Of a stretch of 32,000 nt of DNA, positions 15,167 to 24,931 are shown piece after piece. A model generated the notes under the pieces. The model had not been told where the DNA came from. It saw nothing but the letters and a program-made list of their open reading frames with translations, and made no database searches. The stretch's first letter is position 1, and every line of letters starts with the position of its first letter. Both the position numbers and the translations under genes were made by a program. Source of the stretch: Schaalia meyeri (GTDB lineage: Bacteria > Actinomycetota > Actinomycetes > Actinomycetales > Actinomycetaceae); the NCBI RefSeq assembly GCF_900105015.1, contig NZ_FNLK01000014.1:120001-152000 (forward strand), written 5' to 3'.

Positions 15167-17457
15167 AAGCCGATCTCGCCCGCGGGCGGGCGGTGGCCGC
15201 AGTGCTGGTCGCCCTTGTCACGTTGGCGGCGACTCTCGCCTCCGCGAGCGCCTCCCTCATCATCGATACGGTCTCCGCAGCCGACCGCCTGTCGGAGCGC
15301 GCCAGGGTCCCCGACCTCGTCCAGATGCACACCGGCGAGGCGGACTCCCGCGCGATCGCGGAATGGGCGGACTCGCGCGCGGACGTCGAGGACTACATGG
15401 TCATGCGGACACTGCCAGTCCCCCGGGCGCAGCTCTCGATCGGGGGAGCCGTCCAGGCCGCCTCGTACCTGGAGCCCGCGTTCGTCACCGCGCCCGAGCG
15501 CATCGATCTGCTGCTCGACGAGAACGGTGAGCGCGTGCTGCCCGATCCGGGGCAGGTCTACTTGCCGATCCACTACAAGGCGGCGGGGATCGCCGAGGCC
15601 GGGGACACGGTCACGGTGGACACGGGGGAATGGCGGATCGACTTGCGCGTGGCCGGTTTCCTCCGTGACGCGCAGATGAACGCCGCGATGGTCCCCTCCA
15701 AGCGGCTGGTCGTCAATCCCGAGGATTTCTCCTCGTTGGACGAGCACATCGCTGAACCTGAGTACCTCATCGAATTCGACCTGGCCGACGGGGCCAGTGC
15801 CGCCGCCGTCAGCGAGCAGTACAAGGCCGCTGGGCTCCCCAGTACCGGGATCGCGGTGACCGCGTCGCAGATCCAACTGATGAACGCGTTGTCCACGATG
15901 CTCATCGCCGCGGTCGCACTGGTGGTGGCCGGCGTGCTCGCCGCCGTGGCGGTGCTGGCCCTGCGCTACACGGTCCTGGCCGCCCTCGAGACGGACCTGC
16001 CCCAGGTGGCGGTGCTCAAGGCGATCGGCGCCCCCCAGGCGGGCATCCGGCGCCTCTACCTGCTCAAGTACGCGGTCATCGCCGCAGTGGGCGGTGGCGT
16101 CGGCTACGCGCTGTCCCATCTGCTCGCCTCGTCCCTGCTTGCGCCGACCACCCTTTACCTCGGCACGCCGCCAGTGACGGTGGGCGGCGCCGTAGGGCCC
16201 GTCCTGGTGGCGGCGGGCTTGGTGGCGGTGGTCGTCGGTTCTGCGTGGTTGGTTCTGCGCCGACTAGGCAGGATCAGCGCAGTGGAGGCCCTTCGCAGCG
16301 GGACCAGCGGACGCTCGGGACGGCCTCGCCGCCGGTGGAGGCTCTCGCGCGCCCGCCTGCTCGGCCCGCACGCGTGGCTCGGGGTGCGCGAGGCCCTGCG
16401 CCCCGCGAACGCCCTCCTGCTCGGAGTCCTGGCCCTGTGCGCCTTCACCGCGGTGCTGCCCATGAACGTGTCGACGACCCTGGCCGACCCCCGGAGCGCG
16501 ACGTACCTGGGGGTGGGCCAGGCGGATCTGCGGGTCGATGCGCGCGCCGGCGTCGCGGACATCGAGGAGATCGCCCAGGACTTTGCCGCCGACCCGCGGA
16601 TCGCGAAACACGTCGTCATCATGCGCAGGGACTACACGATGCTCAACAAGGATGGCGCATGGGCGTCAGTGCTCATCGACATCGGGGACCACAGTGCCTT
16701 CCCGGTGAACTACATGTCGGGGCGCGAGCCCCTGAACGATCAGGAGATCGCCCTGTCCCACAGCCAGGCGGCCGAGGCGGGCGCCGCCATCGGCGCGACG
16801 GTGACAGTCAAGGGCTCCCAGGGAGAGAGGGACCTCGCAGTCGTCGGGGTGTACCAGGACATCACCAACAACGGGCTCACCGCGAAGGCGGTCTTTGACG
16901 ACTCCACTCCCGCGCTGTGGCAGCTCATGTACGCGGACGTGGCGGGCGGAGAGGACGCGCGGGAGGTCGCACAAGACCTCGCGCGCGAGCACCCGGGGGC
17001 GCAGGTCGTGGAGATGGGCGAGTACGCCTCGCAGTTTTTCGGGGCCGCCCAGTCGCAAGTGAACGTCCTGGCGGCGATGGCCCTCGTGATATCCCTCGGG
17101 CTCGCGTTCCTCATCACAGCCCTCTACTCCGTCCTGGTCCTCGCCCGTGAGCGCGGGAGGATCGCCGTTCTGCGCGCCCTTGGCTCGACCGTGCGTTCCA
17201 TCGCGGGCCAGTACTTCATGCGCTTCGGCGTGGTGGCAGCGATCGGGGTCGCCCTGGGGGTTGCGATGGCGGTGACCGCCGGCGAATGGGCCGTGGGGCT
17301 GGTCCTCGCGAACCGCGGGGCCCCCGATCTGCACCTGCTGGCCGATCCACTGCTGATAGGGGTGGTGGTGCCGACGGGGATCCTGTCCGCCACCGCCATG
17401 GCAGTGGGGCTCGCGCTCAGGCCCCTGCCCTCCATCACCCTGACCGACACCGACTGA
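15148..17457 (+). CDS. ABC transporter permease, FtsX/MacB-like, two FtsX domains (769 aa)
   Basis: N-terminal MLLRLLKADLARGRAVAAVLVALV... TM helix, then a large extracytoplasmic region, then two TM clusters. The first has a LKAIGAPQAGIRRLYLLKY-type motif and the second a LRALGSTVRSIAGQYF-type motif, typical of duplicated FtsX permeases. The GTG overlaps the tetR 3' end by 19 nt, with GGAGG 8 nt upstream. Confidence 0.9.
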   Translation: MLLRLLKADLARGRAVAAVLVALVTLAATLASASASLIIDTVSAADRLSERARVPDLVQMHTGEADSRAIAEWADSRADVEDYMVMRTLPVPRAQLSIGGAVQAASYLEPAFVTAPERIDLLLDENGERVLPDPGQVYLPIHYKAAGIAEAGDTVTVDTGEWRIDLRVAGFLRDAQMNAAMVPSKRLVVNPEDFSSLDEHIAEPEYLIEFDLADGASAAAVSEQYKAAGLPSTGIAVTASQIQLMNALSTMLIAAVALVVAGVLAAVAVLALRYTVLAALETDLPQVAVLKAIGAPQAGIRRLYLLKYAVIAAVGGGVGYALSHLLASSLLAPTTLYLGTPPVTVGGAVGPVLVAAGLVAVVVGSAWLVLRRLGRISAVEALRSGTSGRSGRPRRRWRLSRARLLGPHAWLGVREALRPANALLLGVLALCAFTAVLPMNVSTTLADPRSATYLGVGQADLRVDARAGVADIEEIAQDFAADPRIAKHVVIMRRDYTMLNKDGAWASVLIDIGDHSAFPVNYMSGREPLNDQEIALSHSQAAEAGAAIGATVTVKGSQGERDLAVVGVYQDITNNGLTAKAVFDDSTPALWQLMYADVAGGEDAREVAQDLAREHPGAQVVEMGEYASQFFGAAQSQVNVLAAMALVISLGLAFLITALYSVLVLARERGRIAVLRALGSTVRSIAGQYFMRFGVVAAIGVALGVAMAVTAGEWAVGLVLANRGAPDLHLLADPLLIGVVVPTGILSATAMAVGLALRPLPSITLTDTD

Positions 17458-17466
17458 GGAGTGCCA

Positions 17467-18246
17467 ATGACCACCGAGACAAGCCGCGCCACGACTGGGG
17501 GCACGACGCCCGCGTTGAGTGCCCGCCGTCTGACCAAATCCTACGGGGCGCCCGTTCTGGAGGACTTCGACCTCGACATCGCCGACGGGGAGTTCGTCGC
17601 CATTATGGGCCCGTCGGGTTCGGGGAAATCGACCTTGATGCACTGCCTGAGCGGAATGGACCGGCCCGACTCCGGCAAGGTCGTGGCGCGGGGGCGTGAG
17701 ATCACGGGACTGGGGGAGAAGGAGCTGGCATCGCTGAGGCTGACGGAGTTCGGCTTCGTCTTCCAGCAGGCGCACCTCATGGCGACCCTGAACCTGCTGG
17801 ACAACACCGTCCTTCCAGGATTCCTGGCGGGGTTGCGCCCGCGCGACGAGGTCGTGGCGCGCGGACGCGCCCTCATGGAGCAGATGGGGATCAGCGAGTG
17901 CGCCTCGAGCGGCGTCACCGAGGTATCGGGCGGGCAGCTGCAGCGCGCGGGCATCTGCAGGGCCATGATCAACGACCCCGCGATCCTCTTCGCGGACGAG
18001 CCCACGGGGGCGCTCAACCACTCCGCGGCGACCTCCATCCTCGACCTGTTCGGACGGGTCCACGCCTCGGGCACCACGATAGTGGTTGTCACCCACGATG
18101 CGCGCGTCGCGGTCCGCGCCGACCGCGTGCTGGTCCTGGTCGATGGCAGGATCGTCGAGGATCTGCGCCTGGGGCTCTACGAGGAGACGGCGGCCCAGGC
18201 GCGCCTCAAAACGGTGGGCGCCGCCTTGCACCGCCACTCGGTGTGA
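17467..18246 (+). CDS. ABC transporter ATP-binding protein (MacB/LolD-like)
   Basis: Walker A GPSGSGKST, Q-loop, signature SGGQLQRAGICRA, Walker B ILFADEPTGALN and H-loop VVVTHD. I prefer ATG 17467 (GAGGAG 5 nt upstream) over the track's GTG at 17461. Confidence 0.9.
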   Translation: MTTETSRATTGGTTPALSARRLTKSYGAPVLEDFDLDIADGEFVAIMGPSGSGKSTLMHCLSGMDRPDSGKVVARGREITGLGEKELASLRLTEFGFVFQQAHLMATLNLLDNTVLPGFLAGLRPRDEVVARGRALMEQMGISECASSGVTEVSGGQLQRAGICRAMINDPAILFADEPTGALNHSAATSILDLFGRVHASGTTIVVVTHDARVAVRADRVLVLVDGRIVEDLRLGLYEETAAQARLKTVGAALHRHSV

Positions 18247-18336
18247 GCGCCCCGTGGGGGACGGCGCAGGGAACCCGCGCCCGCTTCGTTGCGCAACACC
18301 TGGCCACCATGTGGGGAGGGGCGCTGGAACCCCTCC

Positions 18337-18636
18337 CAGACCTACGCCACGAAGTTCATCAGCCCCTCCTTCGGCTTCGCGATGGGGCGGAACTTCTGGT
18401 TCAACTGGGCGATCACCGTCGCCGCAGACCTGGTGCCCTCGGGCCTGGTCATGTACTACTGGTTCCCCGCCGTGCCCTCGTGGGTGTGGGCGGGAGGGAT
18501 CCTGGGCGTCGCCGGCGTGTTCATGATCGCCGGCTTCTCGTTCCAGGGGACGGAGTTGGTCGGCATCGCCGCCAGCGAGTCGAACGTCGCCCAATCCCCC
18601 TTCACCCTCGTGTTCACGCACCTGGGTGTCGCGGTT
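18337..18636 (+). pseudogene. Collapsed remnant of a second amino-acid permease gene (three collinear in-frame blocks)
   Basis: The translation QTYATKFISPSFGFAMGRNFWFNWAITVAADLVPSGLVMYYWFPAVPSWVWAGG / VFMIAGFSFQGTELVGIAASES / NVAQSPFTLVFTHLGVAV aligns with aa about 91-144, 215-238 and 288-303 of the intact permease at 6993..8495. About 70 and about 50 aa are missing between blocks, along with everything before and after. DNA similarity to 7267-7900 is evident but diverged. Confidence 0.7.
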
Positions 18637-18676
18637 CATGGGCCTGGGCGGGCGGTGACGCCAGCGCCCGACGGCC

Positions 18677-19216
18677 TCACCGGTCGTCGGTGTTGGGGTC
18701 CGTGTCCGTGAGGCCGCCTGTCGGGGCCTCCGCGCCTTCGGAACCGCTGGGGCTCGCGGAACCACCCTGATCGATGGAACCACCCGGATCGACGGGGCCA
18801 CCCGGTTTCCTGGGCTCGGCGGTTCCTTTTGAGCCCGCCGCGTGGATGATCTCGCGAAGTCCCCAGGCGAAGACGGCGGCGATGAAGTGGAACGGCAACC
18901 ATCTGGCCACGAGGACCCAGTCGGAACCGCCGAGCAGACCCCTCAGCAACCGCCCCAACCACCATAGGACCGCCACGTCGGAGGTAACGGCCCCCATGAT
19001 CACCACGATTTTCCATGCCCCGCCATGGTCGAGGAACTTCCGGGAAATGGACGCCAGCACCTGGATGAACGTGAAGATTCCGATGAAGCCGAAGAAGTAG
19101 AACAGAGCGAGGTCGGCGCTCCTGGAAGCGAAGAGGCCAACCAGGAAGACCACGTCGAGCACCAGGTACCGGATGATGAAGGAAAGGATTCCCCGGGGGT
19201 CTTTCAAGCGCACCAT
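18677..19216 (-). CDS. Hypothetical membrane protein (179 aa, about 4 TM) with a Gly/Pro/Ser-rich C-terminal tail
   Basis: Hydrophobic segments: LSFIIRYLVLDVVFLVGLF, LALFYFFGFIGIFTFIQVLA, KIVVIMGAVTSDVAVLWWL, LPFHFIAAVFAWGL. GC is lower than in the flanks. No family recognised. It overlaps only noise ORFs. Confidence 0.6.
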   Translation of the reverse strand: MVRLKDPRGILSFIIRYLVLDVVFLVGLFASRSADLALFYFFGFIGIFTFIQVLASISRKFLDHGGAWKIVVIMGAVTSDVAVLWWLGRLLRGLLGGSDWVLVARWLPFHFIAAVFAWGLREIIHAAGSKGTAEPRKPGGPVDPGGSIDQGGSASPSGSEGAEAPTGGLTDTDPNTDDR

Positions 19217-19491
19217 GCCACCAGGTTAACGATTTCCAGCCACGAGGGTAAGCCCCCTAACAGCACACTGTTCCGCAGCGGCACCAGCCCGGCCCTACTC
19301 GCAGTCCTGGCCCTGTTGTTCTCGTTGCCCCCGCCTCGTCGATGAACGAACGCGGGCTATCGATTCCGACCACAGGCGACTACACTGTTTTTCACAGGCC
19401 ACGAAAGAGGAAGGTCACTCGATGCGGCGCCGGGGCAGACGGCGCAGGATCGGGCGAGCGTGGCGTTGAATGAGGAAAGAGAAGGTGAACG

Positions 19492-19809
19492 ATGTCGTCC
19501 AGTGAGGAGTATCTCGAGTACGTGCTTGATCTGCTATCCGGGTTGGATGAGGTATCGCATCGCAAAATGATGGGCGAATACATCCTCTACAGCCGAGGCA
19601 AGGTTGTGGGCGGCATCTACGATGATCGCTTCCTGCTCAAGGCGACCGGCGCGTCGGTCGCACGCCTGCCCGACGCGCCGCGCGCGATTCCCTACGAAGG
19701 GGCCAAGGAGATGCTGCTCGTCGAGGTGGAGGACCGCGACGAGCTGCGCGACGTAATCAACGCGATGTGGGAGGAGCTGCCTGCACTCAAGAAGCGAACC
19801 AAGAAGTAG
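19492..19809 (+). CDS. TfoX N-terminal-domain family protein (105 aa)
   Basis: SSEEYLEYVLDLLSGLDEVSHRKMMGEYILYSRGKVVGGIYDDRFLLK...PYEGAKEMLLV matches the TfoX_N pattern (…kkMFGgygly.dg..fg.i.dd.lylK…) from memory. Confidence 0.75.
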   Translation: MSSSEEYLEYVLDLLSGLDEVSHRKMMGEYILYSRGKVVGGIYDDRFLLKATGASVARLPDAPRAIPYEGAKEMLLVEVEDRDELRDVINAMWEELPALKKRTKK

Positions 19810-19923
19810 ACCCGCCCGCACACGTACTCGCCCGCGCGCGCCCGCTTCCCCGCGTTCGCTCCTGTGTACAGACGCGGCCCGGGCCGCGCTGCCGCGACAA
19901 CCAGGCGGTCGGGCAGTGGCGGT

Positions 19924-20475
19924 TTAGAGGTTCGTCACCAGATCCGCGAGGCGTTTGGCGTGTTCGCGTGAGCGCGCCACCATGTCGGCAAGCAATGCCT
20001 CATCCGTGCGGTTCGCGTACGAGACGCCGAAGAGGCACAGGGACCCCACGCACTCCAAGCCCGTGAGCGTGCACGTGGCCGTCACAGGAGTAAGGAGCGC
20101 GTTGATGTCGACGGAGTCCGCAGAATAGTAAGCCTTTGGGGCACCGGCCGTCAGCGACACCACCAGCTTCTTCCCGCGCAGCGCAATGCCCGTCGAACCG
20201 TGGCTAAAGCCGCGGACGAACACGTCCTCCATCCACTTCGCCAACAGCGACGGGAAGCCGTACCACCACAGCGGGTACTGCAAGACGATCACGTCCGCCG
20301 CAGCGAGCTTCGCCTGCTCCGCATCAACGTCAATGACGTAATCGGGGTAGAGGACGCCGAGCCTGTCAATCTCGGCACCGGGAAGGAGCCTCTCCAGCTC
20401 CTCAAGGATGGTCTTGTTCGCCACCGAGTCATCGTTGATCCTCGGATGTCCGGCTACAATCAGGACATTTGCCAT
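19924..20475 (-). CDS. Flavodoxin-like-fold NAD(P)H oxidoreductase (KefF/YwrO/quinone reductase type)
   Basis: MANVLIVAGHPRINDDSVANKTILEEL..., AADVIVLQYPLWWYGFPSLLAKWMEDVF and GKKLVVSLTAG are typical of the Flavodoxin_2 / NAD(P)H dehydrogenase (quinone) family. Confidence 0.85.
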   Translation of the reverse strand: MANVLIVAGHPRINDDSVANKTILEELERLLPGAEIDRLGVLYPDYVIDVDAEQAKLAAADVIVLQYPLWWYGFPSLLAKWMEDVFVRGFSHGSTGIALRGKKLVVSLTAGAPKAYYSADSVDINALLTPVTATCTLTGLECVGSLCLFGVSYANRTDEALLADMVARSREHAKRLADLVTNL

Positions 20476-20693
20476 GATGGTCTCCTTATCTCTGATACGA
20501 CGAGACTAATCCTTCGCGTGCGCGCCTAACGGGGGTGGTCCGTTCTTTTCATCCCTAGCGAATAATCGGGAGGGGAAGAGAATGCGGGGGAAATACAACG
20601 ACAGCGGAGGCACGTCCGACACCGGCAAACGGCCCCGGCCTCGCGAGAAGCGAGACCAGGGCCGAAGGTCAGCCGCGGGCGCGGCTGAGCCGA

Positions 20694-22103
20694 TCACTCG
20701 TCGGCGGCGCTGGGGTGCGTCATGTCAGCAGGCACCACCCACGCGTCGAACTCCTGCTCCGTCAGGAAGCCGAGCTCCAGGGCGGACTCGCGCAGCGACA
20801 GACCCTTGTGGTGCGCATTCTTCGCGATCTTCGAGGCCTTGTCGTAGCCGATGTGGCGGTTCAGAGCGGTCACCTGCATGAGGTTGATGTCCAGGTTGTG
20901 CCGGATCTTCTCGTGGTTCGGCTCGATCCCGTACGCGCAGTTCGTATCGAAGGACACGCATGCGTCGCCCAGCAGACGGATCGACTCCAGCACGTTCCAC
21001 GCCATGACCGGCTTGAACACGTTCAGCTGGAAGTTACCCTGCGAGCCGGCGAAACCGACCGTCGCGTCGTTGCCGAACACCTGCGTGGCGACCATCGTCA
21101 TCGCCTCGCACTGCGTCGGGTTCACCTTGCCCGGCATGATCGATGAACCCGGCTCGTTCTCCGGGATCAGCAGCTCGCCGATGCCGTTTCGCGGGCCCGA
21201 GGCATACCAGCGAACGTCGTTCGCGATCTTCATCAGTGCATCGGCCAGGACACGCAGGGCGCCCGATACCAGCACCAGCGCGTCGTGCGCACCCAGGGCG
21301 GCGAACAGGTTATCCGCCTGCTTGAAATCGATGCCCGTCTCCTCCGAAATCTTCTTGGCCGTCAGTTCACCGAACTTCGGGTGGGCGTTCAGGCCCGTGC
21401 CGACCGCCGTGCCGCCGATGGCCAGCTCGCGCGCACGAGTGTCCGCGTACTCGATGCCCTCCAGGGCGAAGTCGATCTGCGCCACCCAACCCGAGATGAC
21501 CTGGCCCAGGCGGATCGGTGTCGCGTCCTGCAGGTGGGTGCGGCCCACCATGATGACGTCGTCGAACTCTTTCGCCTTCTTGTCCAGGGTGTCGCGCAGC
21601 TGGCGCACGCGCGGGTACATGTCGTGCAGCTCGGAGACGACCGCAATGTGCATGGCCGTCGGGAACGTGTCGTTCGAGGATTGGCCGCGGTTCACGTGAT
21701 CGTTGGGGTGCACGGGGGCCTTCGTGCCCATCTGGCCTCCCGCGATCTCAATGGCGCGGTTCGAGATGACCTCGTTCGCGTTCATGTTCGACTGCGTGCC
21801 CGAACCCGTCTGGAAAACGACCAGCGGGAAGTTGTCATCCAGCTTGCCGGAGATGACCTCGTCACCGGCCTGGGCGATGAAGTCCGCGATGTCGGCGGGC
21901 AGCTCGCCCAGCTCCGCGTTCGCCAGGGCAGCGCACTTCTTTAAAATGCCGAGGGCGCGCACCATCGGGCGGCCCCACACGAACGTGTTACGTCCGATGT
22001 CAAAGTTGTGCAGCGAACGCTCAGTCTGAGCGCCCCAGTAGCGGTTCGCGGGGACCTCAACGGCACCCATCGAGTCGGTTTCAGTGCGGGTAACTTGTGC
22101 CAC
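20694..22103 (-). CDS. fumC: Class II fumarate hydratase
   Basis: [42 protein letters not shown] and the lyase signature [17 protein letters not shown]. 469 aa. GTG start with GAAGGAG 6 nt upstream. Confidence 0.95.
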   Translation of the reverse strand: MAQVTRTETDSMGAVEVPANRYWGAQTERSLHNFDIGRNTFVWGRPMVRALGILKKCAALANAELGELPADIADFIAQAGDEVISGKLDDNFPLVVFQTGSGTQSNMNANEVISNRAIEIAGGQMGTKAPVHPNDHVNRGQSSNDTFPTAMHIAVVSELHDMYPRVRQLRDTLDKKAKEFDDVIMVGRTHLQDATPIRLGQVISGWVAQIDFALEGIEYADTRARELAIGGTAVGTGLNAHPKFGELTAKKISEETGIDFKQADNLFAALGAHDALVLVSGALRVLADALMKIANDVRWYASGPRNGIGELLIPENEPGSSIMPGKVNPTQCEAMTMVATQVFGNDATVGFAGSQGNFQLNVFKPVMAWNVLESIRLLGDACVSFDTNCAYGIEPNHEKIRHNLDINLMQVTALNRHIGYDKASKIAKNAHHKGLSLRESALELGFLTEQEFDAWVVPADMTHPSAADE

Positions 22104-22180
22104 AAGTGGCTCCTTCGCGTAGGACTAACGTACCCCACCAGGATAGCGCCGGACGCGCCCGGTGGCGTGGGGCACTCGTC

Positions 22181-23509
22181 CTAATCGTTCGTGCGAGCGC
22201 GAAAGTCCGACCGCCCCAGCAGCCACCATGCGCACGAGCAAGAGAACACGACGAGCGCGAGAGCCGCGAGGAACGGAGACAGGGGGACCCACCCGTACAG
22301 GGCCGTGGCCGACACGGGGGCGACGATCCACGTGATCGCCCCCGTCGCGTTGATGATTCCGGCGATGCCGCCCTGCTCGCGGGTGGTGACGGACAGGGAG
22401 ACGCCCGCCGCGTAGCCGGGGGAGGCCATGCCCGAGGCCACCCCCATCATGAAGGTTGACGCGGCCACGGCCCACAGGTTCGGCGCGAAAGACAGGCAGG
22501 CCAACGCCACCAGAGCCAGGCTCATGCCGGAGCGTAGAAGAGACCGCGGCCCCCAGCCCATGCGCGGCACCACGATCAGCTGCATGACCATGGCGCCCGC
22601 CGCGTTGGCCAGCAGCATCATTCCCGTCACCGACACCGCGTGGGTGGGATCCAACCCACCGTGATCCTGCACCACGAAGCCCATCGTGATCTGAACGACG
22701 CCGTTGGCGAAATAGATGCCGAACACGGATGCGATCCACGGTGCTATGCGGCGGTCCGTCCACCCCACGCGCGGAGGCAGGCTCGCGGAGGACTCCTCGC
22801 CCGGGGCGTCGGTCCTCGCCATCGACGAGGCCGGGGATGCCTCGGGGGCTTGTCCTTCCTCGGCCGCGCGCCCCCCGAGTCCCCTCCGGGCGGGGGAGCG
22901 GGACCCGTCGCGGGGCAGCCACGCGAGGGCGATACCGAGCGCGACGAGGACGAACAGCGGCGTCGCGTGGACGGGCGCGAAGATCCACCACGCTCCCAGC
23001 GCCGAGGAAATGAGGGAACCGATCATGACGGACAGGTTGATGGCGCCGGAAAACGCGGACGTTCCGCTCACGCGCGATTGCTCGTCGGGGGTGACCTGCG
23101 CAACCAGGGCCTGGCCGGTCGGTGGGATAGCGGCGACCGCCGCGCCGAAGAAGGGGCCGCGCGCCACCATGATGGCACCCGCCGCGACGAATGCGCCGAT
23201 AGCTCCCGTGGCGCGCGCCCACACGGCCGCCGAAAAGAGCGTTCCGGCTGCCAGTGCCAGGCCCAGCGCCCACAGGATCACGCGCCTGCGCCCCCACGCG
23301 ATCGATCGGCGCCCCCAGAACTGGCTGAGAGCGGTGACGGCCAGCGCGGCCAGCGACACGGCGGCCCCCACGATCCACTCGGGCAGGGTAAGGGCACGAG
23401 AGAGGGGAGCGATCGACACATTCAGCATGTTCTGCGCCGTATAGGTGAAAAGAGCGATGGCGACGAGGGCTCGCAGCGTCGGATTGGTCAGCAACGGAGA
23501 GGAAGGCAC
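22181..23509 (-). CDS. MFS transporter (442 aa) with an enlarged central Arg/Ala/Glu-rich loop
   Basis: There are 12 hydrophobic segments in a 6+6 arrangement. WGRRSIAWGRRRVIL is an MFS loop 2-3 type motif. GTG start at the complement of 23507-23509. The competing track ORFs on both strands are Arg/Gly-rich noise. Confidence 0.8.
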   Translation of the reverse strand: MPSSPLLTNPTLRALVAIALFTYTAQNMLNVSIAPLSRALTLPEWIVGAAVSLAALAVTALSQFWGRRSIAWGRRRVILWALGLALAAGTLFSAAVWARATGAIGAFVAAGAIMVARGPFFGAAVAAIPPTGQALVAQVTPDEQSRVSGTSAFSGAINLSVMIGSLISSALGAWWIFAPVHATPLFVLVALGIALAWLPRDGSRSPARRGLGGRAAEEGQAPEASPASSMARTDAPGEESSASLPPRVGWTDRRIAPWIASVFGIYFANGVVQITMGFVVQDHGGLDPTHAVSVTGMMLLANAAGAMVMQLIVVPRMGWGPRSLLRSGMSLALVALACLSFAPNLWAVAASTFMMGVASGMASPGYAAGVSLSVTTREQGGIAGIINATGAITWIVAPVSATALYGWVPLSPFLAALALVVFSCSCAWWLLGRSDFRARTND

Positions 23510-23596
23510 AGTGCATCCTACGACGAGGCCCCCGCGCGATGCGCGGGGGCCGGGCCTAACTGTTGTCGAATCGGGTCGGTGCGGTGCGATCTGCCC

Positions 23597-24130
23597 CTAG
23601 CGCTGGACCCAGGTGCTCACCTTCCAGCGCGCGTCCCCGGAGAGTTCGCGCCAGTTTGCGTCGCTGCGCGCCTCGTCCCGCCGCCACAGGGCGGGATCCA
23701 GGGGCGGGGCATAGACGAGGGAGGCGCCCTCCGGGGTCCAGGAGGCGACGTCCAGGTCGATGTCGGTGACCACCACCTCATCCAGGAGGGGCAGGGTCTG
23801 CGCGTACAGGTTCGCTCCGCCGGTGATCCAGACGTAGGGCGCGCCCGTGTCCTCAGCGACCGCGCGGGCGTGGGCCAGCGCCGACTCCACCGAATGGGCG
23901 ACGTGAGCGCCCACTGCCTCGTAGCCGGGCGAGCGGGTGACCACAATGTTCGTGCGGCCGGGCAGGGCACGGCCAAGAGCCTCCCATGAACGCCGCCCCA
24001 TGATGATCGGGCATCCCATCGTGGACTCCTTGAAGTGGCGGAAGTCCGCGGGCACGCGCCACGCCATGGCCGCGCCCGTCCCGAGGACGCCGCCGCGGTC
24101 CTGCGCCCAGATCGCCGCCAGCTTCGTCAT
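23597..24130 (-). CDS. folA: Dihydrofolate reductase
   Basis: [49 protein letters not shown]...GRTNIVVTR...WITGGANLY are DHFR motifs. The ATG overlaps the thyA stop (ATGA at 24127-24130). Confidence 0.9.
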   Translation of the reverse strand: MTKLAAIWAQDRGGVLGTGAAMAWRVPADFRHFKESTMGCPIIMGRRSWEALGRALPGRTNIVVTRSPGYEAVGAHVAHSVESALAHARAVAEDTGAPYVWITGGANLYAQTLPLLDEVVVTDIDLDVASWTPEGASLVYAPPLDPALWRRDEARSDANWRELSGDARWKVSTWVQR

Positions 24131-24930
24131 ACCGCGACCGGCGCCTTGATGGTGGGGTGGTGCTGGTATCCCGCAAACGAAATGTCATCGAAGGAATAGT
24201 CGAACATCGACGGAGCCTTCGTCAGCTCCAGGCGGGGGAAGGGGTAGGGATCGCGGCTCAGCTGCTCGCGCACCTGCTCCGTGTGGTTGGAGTAGATGTG
24301 GCAGTCGCCGCCCGTCCAAATGAAGTCGCCGACCTCAAGGCCCGCCTGCTGGGCGAACATGTGGGTGAGCAGCGAGTAGGACGCGATGTTGAAGGGGACA
24401 CCCAAGAACATGTCCGCGCTGCGCTGATACAGCTGCAGCGACAGCCGCCCGTCAGCCACGTAGAGCTGGAAGAAAGCGTGGCACGGTTCGAGCGCCATCT
24501 CAGGCAGGTCGCCGACGTTCCACGCGGAGACGACCATGCGGCGCGAGTCGGGATTCGTTGTGAGCGTTTCCAGCACGGAAGCAATCTGGTCGATGCGGCG
24601 GCCATCGCCAGCGTTCCAGGAACGCCACTGCACGCCGTACACCGGGCCCAGGTCGCCGTGCTCGTCCGCCCACTCGTTCCAGATGCGGATGCCGTGCTCT
24701 CGCAGCCACGACACGTTCGACGAGCCCGACAGGAACCACAGGAGCTCACCCACGACGGACTTGACGTGCACGTGCTTCGTCGTGATCAGCGGGAAACCGC
24801 GCGAGAGGTCGTAGCGCAGCTGCGCTCCGAACACAGAACGCGTGCCCGTGCCCGTGCGATCCCCCTTCGGGGTGCCCTCGGACATGATGCGCGCCAGCAG
24901 GTCCTCGTACTGGCGGTCGACACCTGCCAC
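24127..24930 (-). CDS. thyA: Thymidylate synthase (ThyA type)
   Basis: [52 protein letters not shown] and [26 protein letters not shown]. The start is trimmed to the GTG at the complement of 24928-24930 (267 aa, normal ThyA length). The track ORF extends upstream into the osmC-like gene. Confidence 0.93.
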   Translation of the reverse strand: MAGVDRQYEDLLARIMSEGTPKGDRTGTGTRSVFGAQLRYDLSRGFPLITTKHVHVKSVVGELLWFLSGSSNVSWLREHGIRIWNEWADEHGDLGPVYGVQWRSWNAGDGRRIDQIASVLETLTTNPDSRRMVVSAWNVGDLPEMALEPCHAFFQLYVADGRLSLQLYQRSADMFLGVPFNIASYSLLTHMFAQQAGLEVGDFIWTGGDCHIYSNHTEQVREQLSRDPYPFPRLELTKAPSMFDYSFDDISFAGYQHHPTIKAPVAV

Positions 24931-24931
24931 G

